Positions 21,511-31,156 of a stretch of 64,000 nt of DNA are shown piece after piece. This stretch comes from a virus. The notes below the pieces were generated by a model. It saw only the letters and a program-made list of their open reading frames with translations. It was not told where the DNA came from and made no database searches. The stretch covers positions 1 to 64,000 of the IMG/VR virus record IMGVR_UViG_3300020472_000018; one strand, 5' to 3'. Position numbers and translations under genes: made by a program. Each line of letters starts with the position of its first letter. Positions within the stretch are counted from its first letter, which is position 1.

Positions 21511-22455
21511 ATGGCAATAGATTTTCCTGCGAGTCCTAGTACCAATGATACCCATACTCATAATGGGTTGACTTGGACTTTTGATGGGACAACGTGGAAA
21601 ATAAACACAACAGTTCAGAGTGGTTCAACTACATTTACAGGTTTAACAGATACACCTTCAAGTTATACTAGTCACGGTAGTAAATTTGTTAAGGTTAATA
21701 GTGCTACTAATGCATTAGAATTTGATTCTGCTGGTGGTGGAGTAACAGATGGTGATAAAGGAGATATTACAGTATCAAACTCTGGTGCAACTTGGAATAT
21801 TGATGCTAGTACTATTGGTACTACTGAATTATCTGCAACAGGAACAAAAGATGCTACAACATATTTGAGAGGAGATAATACTTGGCAAACTATAAGTAGT
21901 GGTGCTAGTGTAACTACATCTGATACACCACCTTCTAGTCCTAGTGATGGTGATCTTTGGTGGGATTCACAAAATGGTAGATTACTTGTATATTATGAGG
22001 ACGCTAATAGTTCTCAGTGGGTTGATGCTTCAGGTAGAGGTGTAAATAATTCTGTTTCACAGGAGACTGGAACATTCAGTTTAACATTAAGTCCTAATTG
22101 TCAAAATGCTGCAGTTAGTACTGGTAATTATGTAAAGACTGGTAATATGGTTACTGTTGATTTTAATGTATATCATAATGGTGGAACTGCTGGAGATACC
22201 AATTTACGATGGGGTGGACAGAATCAATATTTTACAATAAATGATACTTCATTACGTCCTGTGGCTACAGCAGGACTTTTCTACAATAGAAGATATTTTG
22301 ATTGCCCACCTGGCAATGTTACTGGTACATTAGGGGTGTGGGTAGGTACTTGTGGTGTTACTCCTACTGGTGAAATATATACTTCTAGTTCAATGGCAGC
22401 AGGACCAGGACAATATGGAATATATTATTTTAGTGGTAGTTGGAGGGTAGCATAA
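21511..22455 (+). CDS. Fibre protein with C-terminal beta-sandwich receptor-binding domain
   Basis: IDFPASP plug; FTGLTDTP, TDGDKGDIT, TYLRGDNTW fibre motifs; GDLWWDS socket; ETGTF..GNYVKTGNMVTV C-terminus. Confidence 0.7.
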   Translation: MAIDFPASPSTNDTHTHNGLTWTFDGTTWKINTTVQSGSTTFTGLTDTPSSYTSHGSKFVKVNSATNALEFDSAGGGVTDGDKGDITVSNSGATWNIDASTIGTTELSATGTKDATTYLRGDNTWQTISSGASVTTSDTPPSSPSDGDLWWDSQNGRLLVYYEDANSSQWVDASGRGVNNSVSQETGTFSLTLSPNCQNAAVSTGNYVKTGNMVTVDFNVYHNGGTAGDTNLRWGGQNQYFTINDTSLRPVATAGLFYNRRYFDCPPGNVTGTLGVWVGTCGVTPTGEIYTSSSMAAGPGQYGIYYFSGSWRVA

Positions 22456-23918
22456 TGGCAATAGATTTTCCTACAAGTCCTAGTCTTAATGCCACTCATA
22501 GTCATAATGGTTTAATTTGGAAGTGGGATGGTACATCTTGGATTTTACAAACAACTATACAATCTGGTGTAACTCAAATACCACCTATGGTTAATGTTGC
22601 AGACTATGGAGCACTTCCAAGTGCTAGTGGTGCAGCAAATAGAACTGGTATTGAAAATGCTATTAACTCATTAGCATCTACGGGAGGAATGGTTTATATT
22701 CCTACAGGAACTTATGATATAACAGGTACTATATTATTAGATAGTGGAACTTTGGGTGATGGTGGTGGTATAAGTATTATTGGTGCAACTGAGAATTATA
22801 GAATTAGTGCTGCTGATGCTGAAGGCACTTTGCTAAGATCTACTGATGCTGGTAGTGATATAATCAAAGTAAATAACGTAAGAAATGTAACTTTTGCCAA
22901 CTTAGCATTTGATCATAAAGACGGCACACCTAGAAATGGTGGAAATGCTATTCATTGTTATTCTAATGTAAATACTCAACAAATTAGAATGGATAGGATT
23001 TATATCCGAAATCAATTTGGTGGTATTAAAATGGATGGACATTCCATTTCAACATTCAGAGATATAGAGATTAGAGATATTGTAAATGAAGGTGGTTCTT
23101 TTGGAATGTTATTCAGTGCTTCTGCTGGTGGATCGGAAAGAGTTGATCAGATAAGATGTGAGAATGTTTTAATTGATGGTGTGATTAGTGGAAGTCCACA
23201 TCCAACTGCAAATGGATTATGGGTTAAGGATTTTGTAAATTCAATATGGTTCCTTAATTGTGTATCTAATCGTTGTAATAAAGGATTATTAATGGATGCA
23301 ACTGTTCCTAGTGGAGATACAGGTAATCCTGGTTCATTCTTTAGAATAAATGATTGTGATTTTGATACTAATAATTCATATGGTATTGAGATTGCTGGTG
23401 GTAGTTTTATATGGATTAATAACCCATATATAAGTAGTAATCTTATTAATGGTTTGAGAACTAGTTCGACTTTTAGTGGTGTTTTAAGATTGAATGCTGC
23501 AGATTGTAGAGGTAATGGTCAGCACGGAATTTATATTCGCTCTGATCAACATAAAAAAATTCATATAAGAGACTCTCAGTGTTCTTATAATTCTGCATCT
23601 AATACCAATGCTTATGATGGACTTCATATATACGATGATGGTGCTGCATCTGTAAATCAATCTGATATAATGATTGATGGTGGACAGTATGGTGGAGATA
23701 TGATGGGAGGCATTAATGATGGTGGTGGTGGTCCTGGAACAACACAGAGGTATGGAATTAATTTTACTGCTAATATTAAATACAAAAGAATCATTATTAA
23801 TAATGTAGATTGTTCTGCAAATTTAACAGGATCACATAGATTTACAGTTGGTAATGGAACTGATAATATGATTCATAATGTTATTCCATTCCACGGATCA
23901 CACTCAGGTGCTCATTAA
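22455..23918 (+). CDS. Tailspike-like right-handed beta-helix (pectate-lyase-like) protein
   Basis: Start reassigned to MAIDFP (TAATG coupling); [22 protein letters not shown] pectate_lyase_3 entry motif; N/D ladders. Confidence 0.8.
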   Translation: MAIDFPTSPSLNATHSHNGLIWKWDGTSWILQTTIQSGVTQIPPMVNVADYGALPSASGAANRTGIENAINSLASTGGMVYIPTGTYDITGTILLDSGTLGDGGGISIIGATENYRISAADAEGTLLRSTDAGSDIIKVNNVRNVTFANLAFDHKDGTPRNGGNAIHCYSNVNTQQIRMDRIYIRNQFGGIKMDGHSISTFRDIEIRDIVNEGGSFGMLFSASAGGSERVDQIRCENVLIDGVISGSPHPTANGLWVKDFVNSIWFLNCVSNRCNKGLLMDATVPSGDTGNPGSFFRINDCDFDTNNSYGIEIAGGSFIWINNPYISSNLINGLRTSSTFSGVLRLNAADCRGNGQHGIYIRSDQHKKIHIRDSQCSYNSASNTNAYDGLHIYDDGAASVNQSDIMIDGGQYGGDMMGGINDGGGGPGTTQRYGINFTANIKYKRIIINNVDCSANLTGSHRFTVGNGTDNMIHNVIPFHGSHSGAH

Positions 23919-24682
23919 TGGCTGTTAAACTCAGAAAAGATGGCAGTTGGGTAACTATAGTAGGTAATGGACCTCCAGGTCCTGCAGGACCTCCAGGTCC
24001 TGATGGTCCCGATGGTCCTGCAGGTCCTCCAGGAAATGATGGTGCTGATGGTACTCCTGGTCCCGCAGGTCCTCCTGGTCCTATAGGTCCTCCTGGTCCT
24101 CCAGGTCAAGATGGTAATGATGGTGGTACAGGTCCATCAGGACCTCCAGGTCCAACAGGTCCCGATGGTCCAGTAGGTCCTACTGGTCCTTCAGGTGGTC
24201 CTCCAGGTCCCGATGGTCCTCCAGGTCCTCCAGGAAATGATGGTGCTGATGGTCCTGGTGGTCCGCCAGGTCCTCCTGGTCCTGCTGGTGGTCCTCCAGG
24301 TCCCGCAGGTACTCCAGGTCCTGCTGGTCCTCCAGGTGTTGCTGGATTAACTATTGCAGAAATTCCACCAACTACTCCTACTCCATCTCATGGTGATATG
24401 TGGTGGGAAAGTGATACAGGACATCTATATGTTTATTATGATGATGGTGATAGTAGTCAATGGGTAGCAACATCTCAAGGTCCTGCTGGATCTCCAGGTG
24501 CTCCTGGTGGTCCTCCAGGTCCTGATGGTCCCGCAGGTCCTCCAGGTCCCGATGGTCCTCCAGGTCCTGGTGGTGGTGGACCTCCAGGTCCTCCAGGTTC
24601 TCCAGGTCCTCCAGGTTCATCTGGTACTGCTGGAACATATCCATTTGAGACTGGTAATTGGCTTCTTGGAATAGGTCACTAA
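23918..24682 (+). CDS. Collagen-like fibre/linker protein
   Basis: [13 protein letters not shown]-terminus, long Gly-X-Y tracts, [15 protein letters not shown]-terminal PFETGNWLL. Confidence 0.8.
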   Translation: MAVKLRKDGSWVTIVGNGPPGPAGPPGPDGPDGPAGPPGNDGADGTPGPAGPPGPIGPPGPPGQDGNDGGTGPSGPPGPTGPDGPVGPTGPSGGPPGPDGPPGPPGNDGADGPGGPPGPPGPAGGPPGPAGTPGPAGPPGVAGLTIAEIPPTTPTPSHGDMWWESDTGHLYVYYDDGDSSQWVATSQGPAGSPGAPGGPPGPDGPAGPPGPDGPPGPGGGGPPGPPGSPGPPGSSGTAGTYPFETGNWLLGIGH

Positions 24683-24707
24683 ATATTAAACAGGAGATTT
24701 AAACATT

Positions 24708-25109
24708 ATGGCAGCTGAAGTATTTACAGGACAATTAGCAGCAAATAATACGTTTACCTATACTAATAGTACAGGTGGTAATGTTCGTGTTGTTATTAAT
24801 TACATTTACACTCAAACTAGTAGTACTCCAACTATTGAATTTGGAGATGCATCAGCAACTGGACAGAATGCATATTGGACTACTAGAACATTCTTTAACT
24901 TGACTCAAAATACAACTTTTGGAAAGTCTGTAGGTTGGTCTTCTCCTACAAAAACTACTGGTCAAGCTGCAGTATCTTCTGGTGGTAATGACACTGGTGG
25001 TCCTACTGAAGTGTATTTGAAGAATACTGAGACTTTTAAAATTACTGCAAGTTCTGGATCAAGTTATGCTTGGGGTTGTAGATATCAAATTGTAGTAATA
25101 CCAGAATAA
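24708..25109 (+). CDS. Small fibre-tip/cap protein, paralog 3
   Basis: [35 protein letters not shown]. Confidence 0.6.
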   Translation: MAAEVFTGQLAANNTFTYTNSTGGNVRVVINYIYTQTSSTPTIEFGDASATGQNAYWTTRTFFNLTQNTTFGKSVGWSSPTKTTGQAAVSSGGNDTGGPTEVYLKNTETFKITASSGSSYAWGCRYQIVVIPE

Positions 25110-25110
25110 T

Positions 25111-27723
25111 ATGGCAGCATTCGATTTTCCAAATAGTCCGTCCCTTAACGATACCCATACAGAAAATGGGGTAATTTGGAAGTGGAATGGATATGCTTGG
25201 GATCGAGTTCCAAGTAGTGGTCCGCAAGGTGCTCCTGGTCCAACTGGACCAACTGGACCAAATGGTCCTTCAGGTCCATCAGGTCCTCCAGGTACTCCAG
25301 GTTCAGGTGGTGATGATGGTCCTCCAGGTCCAGATGGTCCTCCAGGTGCAGATGGTCCTCCAGGTCCTCCAGGAACTGGTGGTACTGTTGGTCCTCCAGG
25401 TCCAGATGGTCCTGCAGGTCCTCCAGGTGCTGGTGGTCCTCCAGGTCCTCCAGGTGTTGCTGGATTAGATATTGGAGTTGATCCTCCAACTGGTCCTTCT
25501 ACCCACGGAGATATGTGGTGGGAAAGTGATACTGGAGATTTACATGTTTATTATAATGATGGTAATAGTTCTCAATGGGTAGCAGTATCTCAAGGACCTG
25601 CTGGACCTGAAGGACCTCCAGGACCTCCTGGAACTGGTTCTGGTCCTCCAGGACCTCCTGGTTCTTCTACCTTTATAGGTTTAACAGATACCCCGAATAG
25701 TTTTACTGCTGATAAATGGTTAAAGGTTAATAGTGGTGGAACTGCTTTAGAATGGACTCCTGCTGGTTCTGGTACTCCTGGTCCTCCAGGTCCTCCTGGT
25801 AATGATGGTAATGATGGGCAAGATGGTAATGATGGTCCTCCAGGTCCTCCAGGATCAGGCGGTGCAACTTATGACTTTATTACAGTTGATCATGGTTCAT
25901 CTACTGGATCTGGAACTGGTAATGATGTAGTTTTACGTCATAGTGATGGTACAACACATAATGATGTAAGACTTGTTGCTGGAAGTAATGTAACTTTCCA
26001 ACATAGCTCAGCTAATAATTTCTTTACTATATCATCATCAGGTAGTGGTTCTACTACTTTAGATAAGATAATAGAGGGTGATACAAAAGCAGAAGTAGTT
26101 GATAGTGGTACAGATGGATATTTTACTGTTGAAACAAACGGTACAGAAAGAATACGTATAACTGATGGTGAATTAAGACTTAAGAGAACTGATACTACTT
26201 TAGAGGGTGGGCAAATATGCTTTGATAATATTGATGGTGATCGAGCATATGCAATTGATGCTTATGGAAATAATGCTGCTAATACTATCCTTAGAATTAT
26301 TGATGAACAAACAATAACTGGAGGTGTAGGTACTCAAAGGTTTGCTATTGATAGAGGTGGTGCTCTTGGGTTAGGTAATGTAGGAGCTGAAGATTGGGGA
26401 TCTTCAGGTGATGTATTAACAAGTCAAGGTGCTAATGCATTACCTATATGGGGTCCTGCTGGTTCTGGTAGTCCTGGTCCTCCTGGACCTCCAGGTTCTG
26501 GTAGTGCTGCTGGAAATAATACTGAATTCCAATATAATAACAATGGATCATTTGCTGGTAATGAGCTTTTATTAGCAACCAATGACACATCATTTACTGG
26601 TAGTGGTGCAAGTATAACTCTTAATGGAGCTACACGTTGGGGTTTTGGTAATATTACTTGGGAACCTGATGTTGGTTGTTTAGCTCTCACGAGAGATTCA
26701 TTCTTAATTTTTGGATCACCTGATAATGCTGTTTATCAGATGAAAGCTAGCATAGGTTGGGCTAGCTCTGTTAATAGATGGATTATGAATAATCCCACTG
26801 ATGGAATGCCTTGGCATTTTGAAACCAGAGGTGAGATGGTATTCAAAAAGCAGAATAGTCCTGAAACTATTCATATGACTATTGATCCTACTAGTGGTGT
26901 TAGTATTAAGAATCAGTTAGATTTAGCAACTGCTACTATTCTTGATAAGGATGGACAAGCAGGAAGTAGTGGTCAAGTATTAAGTTCAACTGGAACTGGA
27001 CTTGATTGGGTTAGTGTTTCTAGTGGATCTCCTGGACCTCCTGGACCTCCTGGACCTCCAGGTGATGATGGTGAAAATGGTACTCCAGGTATTCCAGGAC
27101 CTCCTGGGGAATCAACGACTACTGATCAAGGATTTAATATGGTACAATGGACTAGTACTACTAATGCAACTTATGTGTACTATACTCCTGATACAACTAA
27201 GTATAATAGGTGGGTTGTAATTGTCACTGGCGGTGGCGGTGGCGGTGGGGGAGGTTCTGCTGCTAACGCTGGAGGTGGTGGCGGTGGTGCTGGTACTGGA
27301 ATAAGAGAATTTACCAAAGCAGAAATGGATGATAATAGCTATTACAGTGGACAATGTCGTATTTTTGTAGGACAACCTGGATCTGGTGGAACAGGTGGTG
27401 GTAATGGTGGTAATGGAAATTATTCTGAATTTGTAGTACCTACTGGAACTGCAACCTTTGGTCATAGTGGTTATGGTGGTGCTGGTGGTAACAGTGGAGC
27501 CATAGCTGCTGGTGGTAATGGTAGGTTTGGTGTTGGTGATATTGAATGTGGTGGTGATGAAGGTCATCCTGGAGATAATGGAATCACAGGACATGGCGGT
27601 GGTACTTTCTGGGGTGGTGCAGCCTATGACTCAGCTGGTAGAGGTGGTAGAGGTGGTCAAACTGGTAGTAATAATGGTGGTGACGGTGGTCACGGACAAA
27701 TAGTTCTGTTGGAGTTTGCTTAA
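25111..27723 (+). CDS. Collagen-like fibre with C-terminal glycine-rich adhesin-like domain
   Basis: FDFPNSP plug, several Gly-X-Y tracts, HGDMWWESD socket, [12 protein letters not shown]...[11 protein letters not shown] glycine-rich tip. Confidence 0.8.
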   Translation: MAAFDFPNSPSLNDTHTENGVIWKWNGYAWDRVPSSGPQGAPGPTGPTGPNGPSGPSGPPGTPGSGGDDGPPGPDGPPGADGPPGPPGTGGTVGPPGPDGPAGPPGAGGPPGPPGVAGLDIGVDPPTGPSTHGDMWWESDTGDLHVYYNDGNSSQWVAVSQGPAGPEGPPGPPGTGSGPPGPPGSSTFIGLTDTPNSFTADKWLKVNSGGTALEWTPAGSGTPGPPGPPGNDGNDGQDGNDGPPGPPGSGGATYDFITVDHGSSTGSGTGNDVVLRHSDGTTHNDVRLVAGSNVTFQHSSANNFFTISSSGSGSTTLDKIIEGDTKAEVVDSGTDGYFTVETNGTERIRITDGELRLKRTDTTLEGGQICFDNIDGDRAYAIDAYGNNAANTILRIIDEQTITGGVGTQRFAIDRGGALGLGNVGAEDWGSSGDVLTSQGANALPIWGPAGSGSPGPPGPPGSGSAAGNNTEFQYNNNGSFAGNELLLATNDTSFTGSGASITLNGATRWGFGNITWEPDVGCLALTRDSFLIFGSPDNAVYQMKASIGWASSVNRWIMNNPTDGMPWHFETRGEMVFKKQNSPETIHMTIDPTSGVSIKNQLDLATATILDKDGQAGSSGQVLSSTGTGLDWVSVSSGSPGPPGPPGPPGDDGENGTPGIPGPPGESTTTDQGFNMVQWTSTTNATYVYYTPDTTKYNRWVVIVTGGGGGGGGGSAANAGGGGGGAGTGIREFTKAEMDDNSYYSGQCRIFVGQPGSGGTGGGNGGNGNYSEFVVPTGTATFGHSGYGGAGGNSGAIAAGGNGRFGVGDIECGGDEGHPGDNGITGHGGGTFWGGAAYDSAGRGGRGGQTGSNNGGDGGHGQIVLLEFA

Positions 27724-27729
27724 TCAATT

Positions 27730-28272
27730 ATGTCTTCTTTTAGTAGTAAATCTTTAGTTGAAATATTGGCACTTACTCGGTCTCAAGTCATAGCATCTAA
27801 AAATACTGATTTTAGTTCTTTTAGAACTGGTATTGGAACTGATAGATTAGATTTTGCTGTAGTTAAAGATGGAACTAATATAGTGAATCACATTTATGTT
27901 GGATATGCAGATACTTCTAAAAATCCAACTAATTCGGAAATAGGATTTGCTGGACATTATACTGTTGGTATTGGTAGTACATATAGAGGAACTTTTAATG
28001 ATATAGATAATCAATGCCTTGTAAGACTTGGTTGGAAATATACTCAATCATCTGGATTTTATGATGCTCATGATTATACAGAAGAATGGACTGCAGGTTT
28101 AAGGCAAACTAGAGATAAATTTTTACTTGAATCTGATTGGTCTCAAGGTGCTGATTCTCCATTAAGTTCTAGTAAAAAAACTGAGTGGGCTACATATAGG
28201 CAAGCATTAAGAGATTTACCTGCAAATACTTCAGATCTTGCAAATCCACCTTGGCCAACAAAACCATCATAG
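27730..28272 (+). CDS. Tail fibre assembly chaperone
   Basis: LRQTRDKFLLESDWSQ..D.PL...EWATYRQALRDLP..WPTKP. Confidence 0.85.
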   Translation: MSSFSSKSLVEILALTRSQVIASKNTDFSSFRTGIGTDRLDFAVVKDGTNIVNHIYVGYADTSKNPTNSEIGFAGHYTVGIGSTYRGTFNDIDNQCLVRLGWKYTQSSGFYDAHDYTEEWTAGLRQTRDKFLLESDWSQGADSPLSSSKKTEWATYRQALRDLPANTSDLANPPWPTKPS

Positions 28273-28281
28273 AGTAAGAAT

Positions 28282-29430
28282 ATGGCAGCGTTTGATTTTC
28301 CAAATAGTCCTAGTACAAATGATACCCATACAGAAAATGGTGTTACTTGGAAGTGGGATGGATATGCTTGGAAAAGAGTTGAATCAGTAGGACCTTCAGG
28401 ACCTCCTGGACCTCCAGGTAATGATTCAACAGTTCCAGGTCCTCCTGGTTCAACAGGTCCCACAGGTCCTACAGGTCCCACAGGTTCAACTGGTAATACT
28501 GGAACTCCAGGATCTGATGGTAATGATGGTACTCCAGGTTCTGATGGTTCTGATGGTAATGATGGTCCTCCAGGTCCAGATGGTCCTGCAGGTCCTCCAG
28601 GTTCTGGTGGTTCTGCAGGTCCTCCAGGTCCAGATGGTCCCGATGGTCCAACAGGATCTCCAGGTGCTGATTCGACTGTTCCTGGTCCGACTGGTCCTCC
28701 TGGTTCAACAGGTGGTGATGGTCCTCCAGGTCCCGATGGTCCTCCAGGTCCCGATGGTCCTCCTGGTTCAACAGGTCCAACAGGTCCTGATGGTCCAACT
28801 GGTCCAACTGGTAGTGCAGCTAATCCATCTGTTCCTTCAGGAGCTGTTATGTTGTTTTATAGTTCATCTGCTCCTACTGGATGGACAAAACAAACATCAC
28901 ATAACAATAAAGCACTCAGAGTTGTGAGTGGTTCTGGTGGTGGTTCTGGTGGTAGTAATGCATTTACCAGTAATTTTGCTAGTAGATCTTTAAGTACTAG
29001 TGGATCTGGAAGTATTAGTGGATCTACAAGTAGTGATAATTCTGGATCTGTAAGTATTAGTGGTAATTGTGGTGGATCACAGATAGTGTATGTTACTACC
29101 ACTCAAAATTGGTTATCGATAGATCAGATGCCATCTCACCAACATCAATTCCCTAGTAAAGTTGGAACTTCTGGTGGCAACTATGGTTTTCTAGATACTT
29201 TAAATGCTGGTTCTTCAGGAACTCCTAGTGTTAATGCTACTGGTGGCAGTAACTACCACACACATGCTGTAATAATGTATACTATAAGTGGTTCTAACTT
29301 CACTTTTAGTGGATCTGGTTCTCCTAGTGATCACAATCATACTGTCAGTGGATCTGCAAGTGTTAGTAGTTCAGGTTCTTTGGACTTGGCAGTTCAGTAT
29401 GTTGATGTTATAATATGTACAAAGAACTAA
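28282..29430 (+). CDS. Collagen-like fibre with collar-like domain and HxH needle
   Basis: FDFPNSP plug; long Gly-X-Y tract; PSGAVMLF..APTGWTK..ALRVVSG; LS.DQMPSHQH; VQYVDVIICTKN. Confidence 0.8.
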   Translation: MAAFDFPNSPSTNDTHTENGVTWKWDGYAWKRVESVGPSGPPGPPGNDSTVPGPPGSTGPTGPTGPTGSTGNTGTPGSDGNDGTPGSDGSDGNDGPPGPDGPAGPPGSGGSAGPPGPDGPDGPTGSPGADSTVPGPTGPPGSTGGDGPPGPDGPPGPDGPPGSTGPTGPDGPTGPTGSAANPSVPSGAVMLFYSSSAPTGWTKQTSHNNKALRVVSGSGGGSGGSNAFTSNFASRSLSTSGSGSISGSTSSDNSGSVSISGNCGGSQIVYVTTTQNWLSIDQMPSHQHQFPSKVGTSGGNYGFLDTLNAGSSGTPSVNATGGSNYHTHAVIMYTISGSNFTFSGSGSPSDHNHTVSGSASVSSSGSLDLAVQYVDVIICTKN

Positions 29431-29434
29431 TATA

Positions 29435-29770
29435 ATGAAGATTGAAGCAGGTAAATTCTGCCCTTTAATTGGTAAGGATTGTATACAATTACAATGTTCT
29501 TGGTTTACTCAGGTTCGTGGAATCAATCCTAATACTGGAGAAGAAATTGATGATTGGGGTTGTGCAGTTACTTGGTTGCCAACTTTAATGATTGAAAATT
29601 CACAGCAACAAAGAGCAACTGGTGCTGCTATTGAATCTTTTAGAAATGAAACTGTGAAATCAACTATGAAAGCACAAGAAATATATCAAAGAGAATTAGA
29701 ATTAAAAGCTCAAGAAAGATTAATGAAATCTAGACAGACAATACATAACGTAACGGACATAGAAGAATGA
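29435..29770 (+). CDS. Cys-rich fibre-associated hypothetical protein
   Basis: CPLIGKDC...CSWF...WGCA plus C-terminal coiled coil; lies between fibre and chaperone. Confidence 0.6.
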   Translation: MKIEAGKFCPLIGKDCIQLQCSWFTQVRGINPNTGEEIDDWGCAVTWLPTLMIENSQQQRATGAAIESFRNETVKSTMKAQEIYQRELELKAQERLMKSRQTIHNVTDIEE

Positions 29771-30276
29771 AATTAACAGTTGTTCCACCAGATAAAACCA
29801 TAGTTATTGACAATGTTTCAGTACATCCTTGTACTCATGTCGATCTTTCTTGGATTCCATCAGATGTTCATGGAATGTGTTTTGATACTACTACAGGAAA
29901 AGGTTTTATTGAATATAATGAAGATGCTGTAGATGCAAATGGAGATAAAAAATGGGGTGAGGATATTACTGAAATTGGTATCTGGCAACAAGCAGTAACA
30001 GATCATGCGAATGAACAAACCCTTGCAACTGCTGCATATGAAGCAGCAAGAAATCATTTAACTGAGGTAAAGGATCATAGAAATTGGTTGCTTGCTGTTA
30101 GTGATTGGACTCGTTTGGATGATGTTACACTTGCAGCAGATAAAAAAACTGAGTGGCAAACATATAGACAAGCATTAAGAGATCTTCCAGCAACCATATC
30201 AGCAGATGATAATTTAACTGCTAAATTATTAGCAGATAATCACTCACATTCTGGTTGGCCGACAAAACCTTCATAA
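29767..30276 (+). CDS. Tail fibre assembly chaperone
   Basis: RNWLLAVSDWT..D...EWQTYRQALRDLP..WPTKPS. Confidence 0.8.
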   Translation: MKLTVVPPDKTIVIDNVSVHPCTHVDLSWIPSDVHGMCFDTTTGKGFIEYNEDAVDANGDKKWGEDITEIGIWQQAVTDHANEQTLATAAYEAARNHLTEVKDHRNWLLAVSDWTRLDDVTLAADKKTEWQTYRQALRDLPATISADDNLTAKLLADNHSHSGWPTKPS

Positions 30277-30279
30277 ATG

Positions 30280-30288
30280 TGGTATACT
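30280..30288 (+). promoter_or_regulatory. Extended -10 sigma70-type promoter candidate
   Basis: TG-G-TATACT 22 nt upstream of the 2OG oxygenase ATG. Confidence 0.5.
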
Positions 30289-30310
30289 ATTCAAATACTG
30301 GTAAAAAATA

Positions 30311-30904
30311 ATGAATGATTTGATTCAAGCAATTAAAATTCTTAGTGTAAATGATCTTAAAAAGATTAATAAGTACATAGATACTCTTGATTTTCAAGAT
30401 AATACTGTTTTTGGTAAACCAGGTCAAAAATCAAAAACTAATACTAGTATTAGATCCAGCACAGGAACAACTTTAAAAGAAGATAATGAAATAACTGAAA
30501 TTGTTCATAATGCTATGAATAAAGGGTTGGATGAATATAAGAGAAGAGTACAAAAGGTTCATACCAATTTTAGTTATTATCCTGTTCCTGGTGGATCTGG
30601 AACTAAATCTTGGAGAGAGGGAATACAGGTATTAGATTATAAAAAAGGGCAAGAATATAAATTTCATCATGATGCTGCAACAGATCCTAGATTGAAAGAA
30701 TATCATAGAAAGATATCTATTATTTTATATCTGGAAGAAGCGACTAAAGGTGGAGGAACTTCATTTCCACATTTGGGAATAAAACCAAAACCAGGTTATG
30801 CTTTAATATTTCCATCTAATTGGTGTTATCCTCATGCAGGTGAACCAGTTTATGCTGGAAAAAAGAGAGTTGCTGTTACTTGGTATTATGTTGAAAACGC
30901 TTAA
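30311..30904 (+). CDS. 2OG-Fe(II) oxygenase, prolyl-4-hydroxylase-like
   Basis: EGIQVLDY..GQEYKFHHD (HxD), RKISIILYL, GGGTSF, LIFPSN..YPHAGEPV..GKK (distal His, 2OG-binding Lys). Confidence 0.85.
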   Translation: MNDLIQAIKILSVNDLKKINKYIDTLDFQDNTVFGKPGQKSKTNTSIRSSTGTTLKEDNEITEIVHNAMNKGLDEYKRRVQKVHTNFSYYPVPGGSGTKSWREGIQVLDYKKGQEYKFHHDAATDPRLKEYHRKISIILYLEEATKGGGTSFPHLGIKPKPGYALIFPSNWCYPHAGEPVYAGKKRVAVTWYYVENA

Positions 30905-30913
30905 GGAGTAATT

Positions 30914-31120
30914 ATGGAAACTGATGAATGTGTACAAGACATCATAATTGATGTATGTAAAAAAAGAATTACTTTAATTAGTAATGAAGGTGAAACTAGA
31001 ATTGTTGCTTGTGAAAGTACAGAACAATTTATGTCTGTAATGGAAGTTATAAGAGATCAAGCTGATCCTGAAATTATTACTTATGTTGATCCAGCGACTA
31101 AAGGTAATCAGGTAAGCTAA
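30914..31120 (+). CDS. Hypothetical protein (68 aa)
   Basis: AGGAG SD; ORF track. Confidence 0.7.
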   Translation: METDECVQDIIIDVCKKRITLISNEGETRIVACESTEQFMSVMEVIRDQADPEIITYVDPATKGNQVS

Positions 31121-31156
31121 ATAGAAACATAGAAATATTTTGGCCAATATTCTCCG

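Noticed and set aside
22440-22454. ORF-track start MEGSI for the tailspike
   Set aside because: ATG at 22455 is coupled to the upstream TAA and gives the shared MAIDFP N-terminus
17240-28820. CRISPR-like array
   Set aside because: Repeats are in-frame coding triplets without unique spacers; no cas genes
17469-28927. Alternative-frame and antisense ORFs over the collagen tracts (VLQVLQ..., DLEDH..., GPGGPGG..., TWRTWR...)
   Set aside because: Shadows of GGT-CCT-CCA codon repeats that lack stops; no start signals
16733-30276. Diversity-generating retroelement or invertase shufflon behind the fibre diversity
   Set aside because: No reverse transcriptase, TR/VR pair, recombinase or inverted cassettes; all genes are co-oriented
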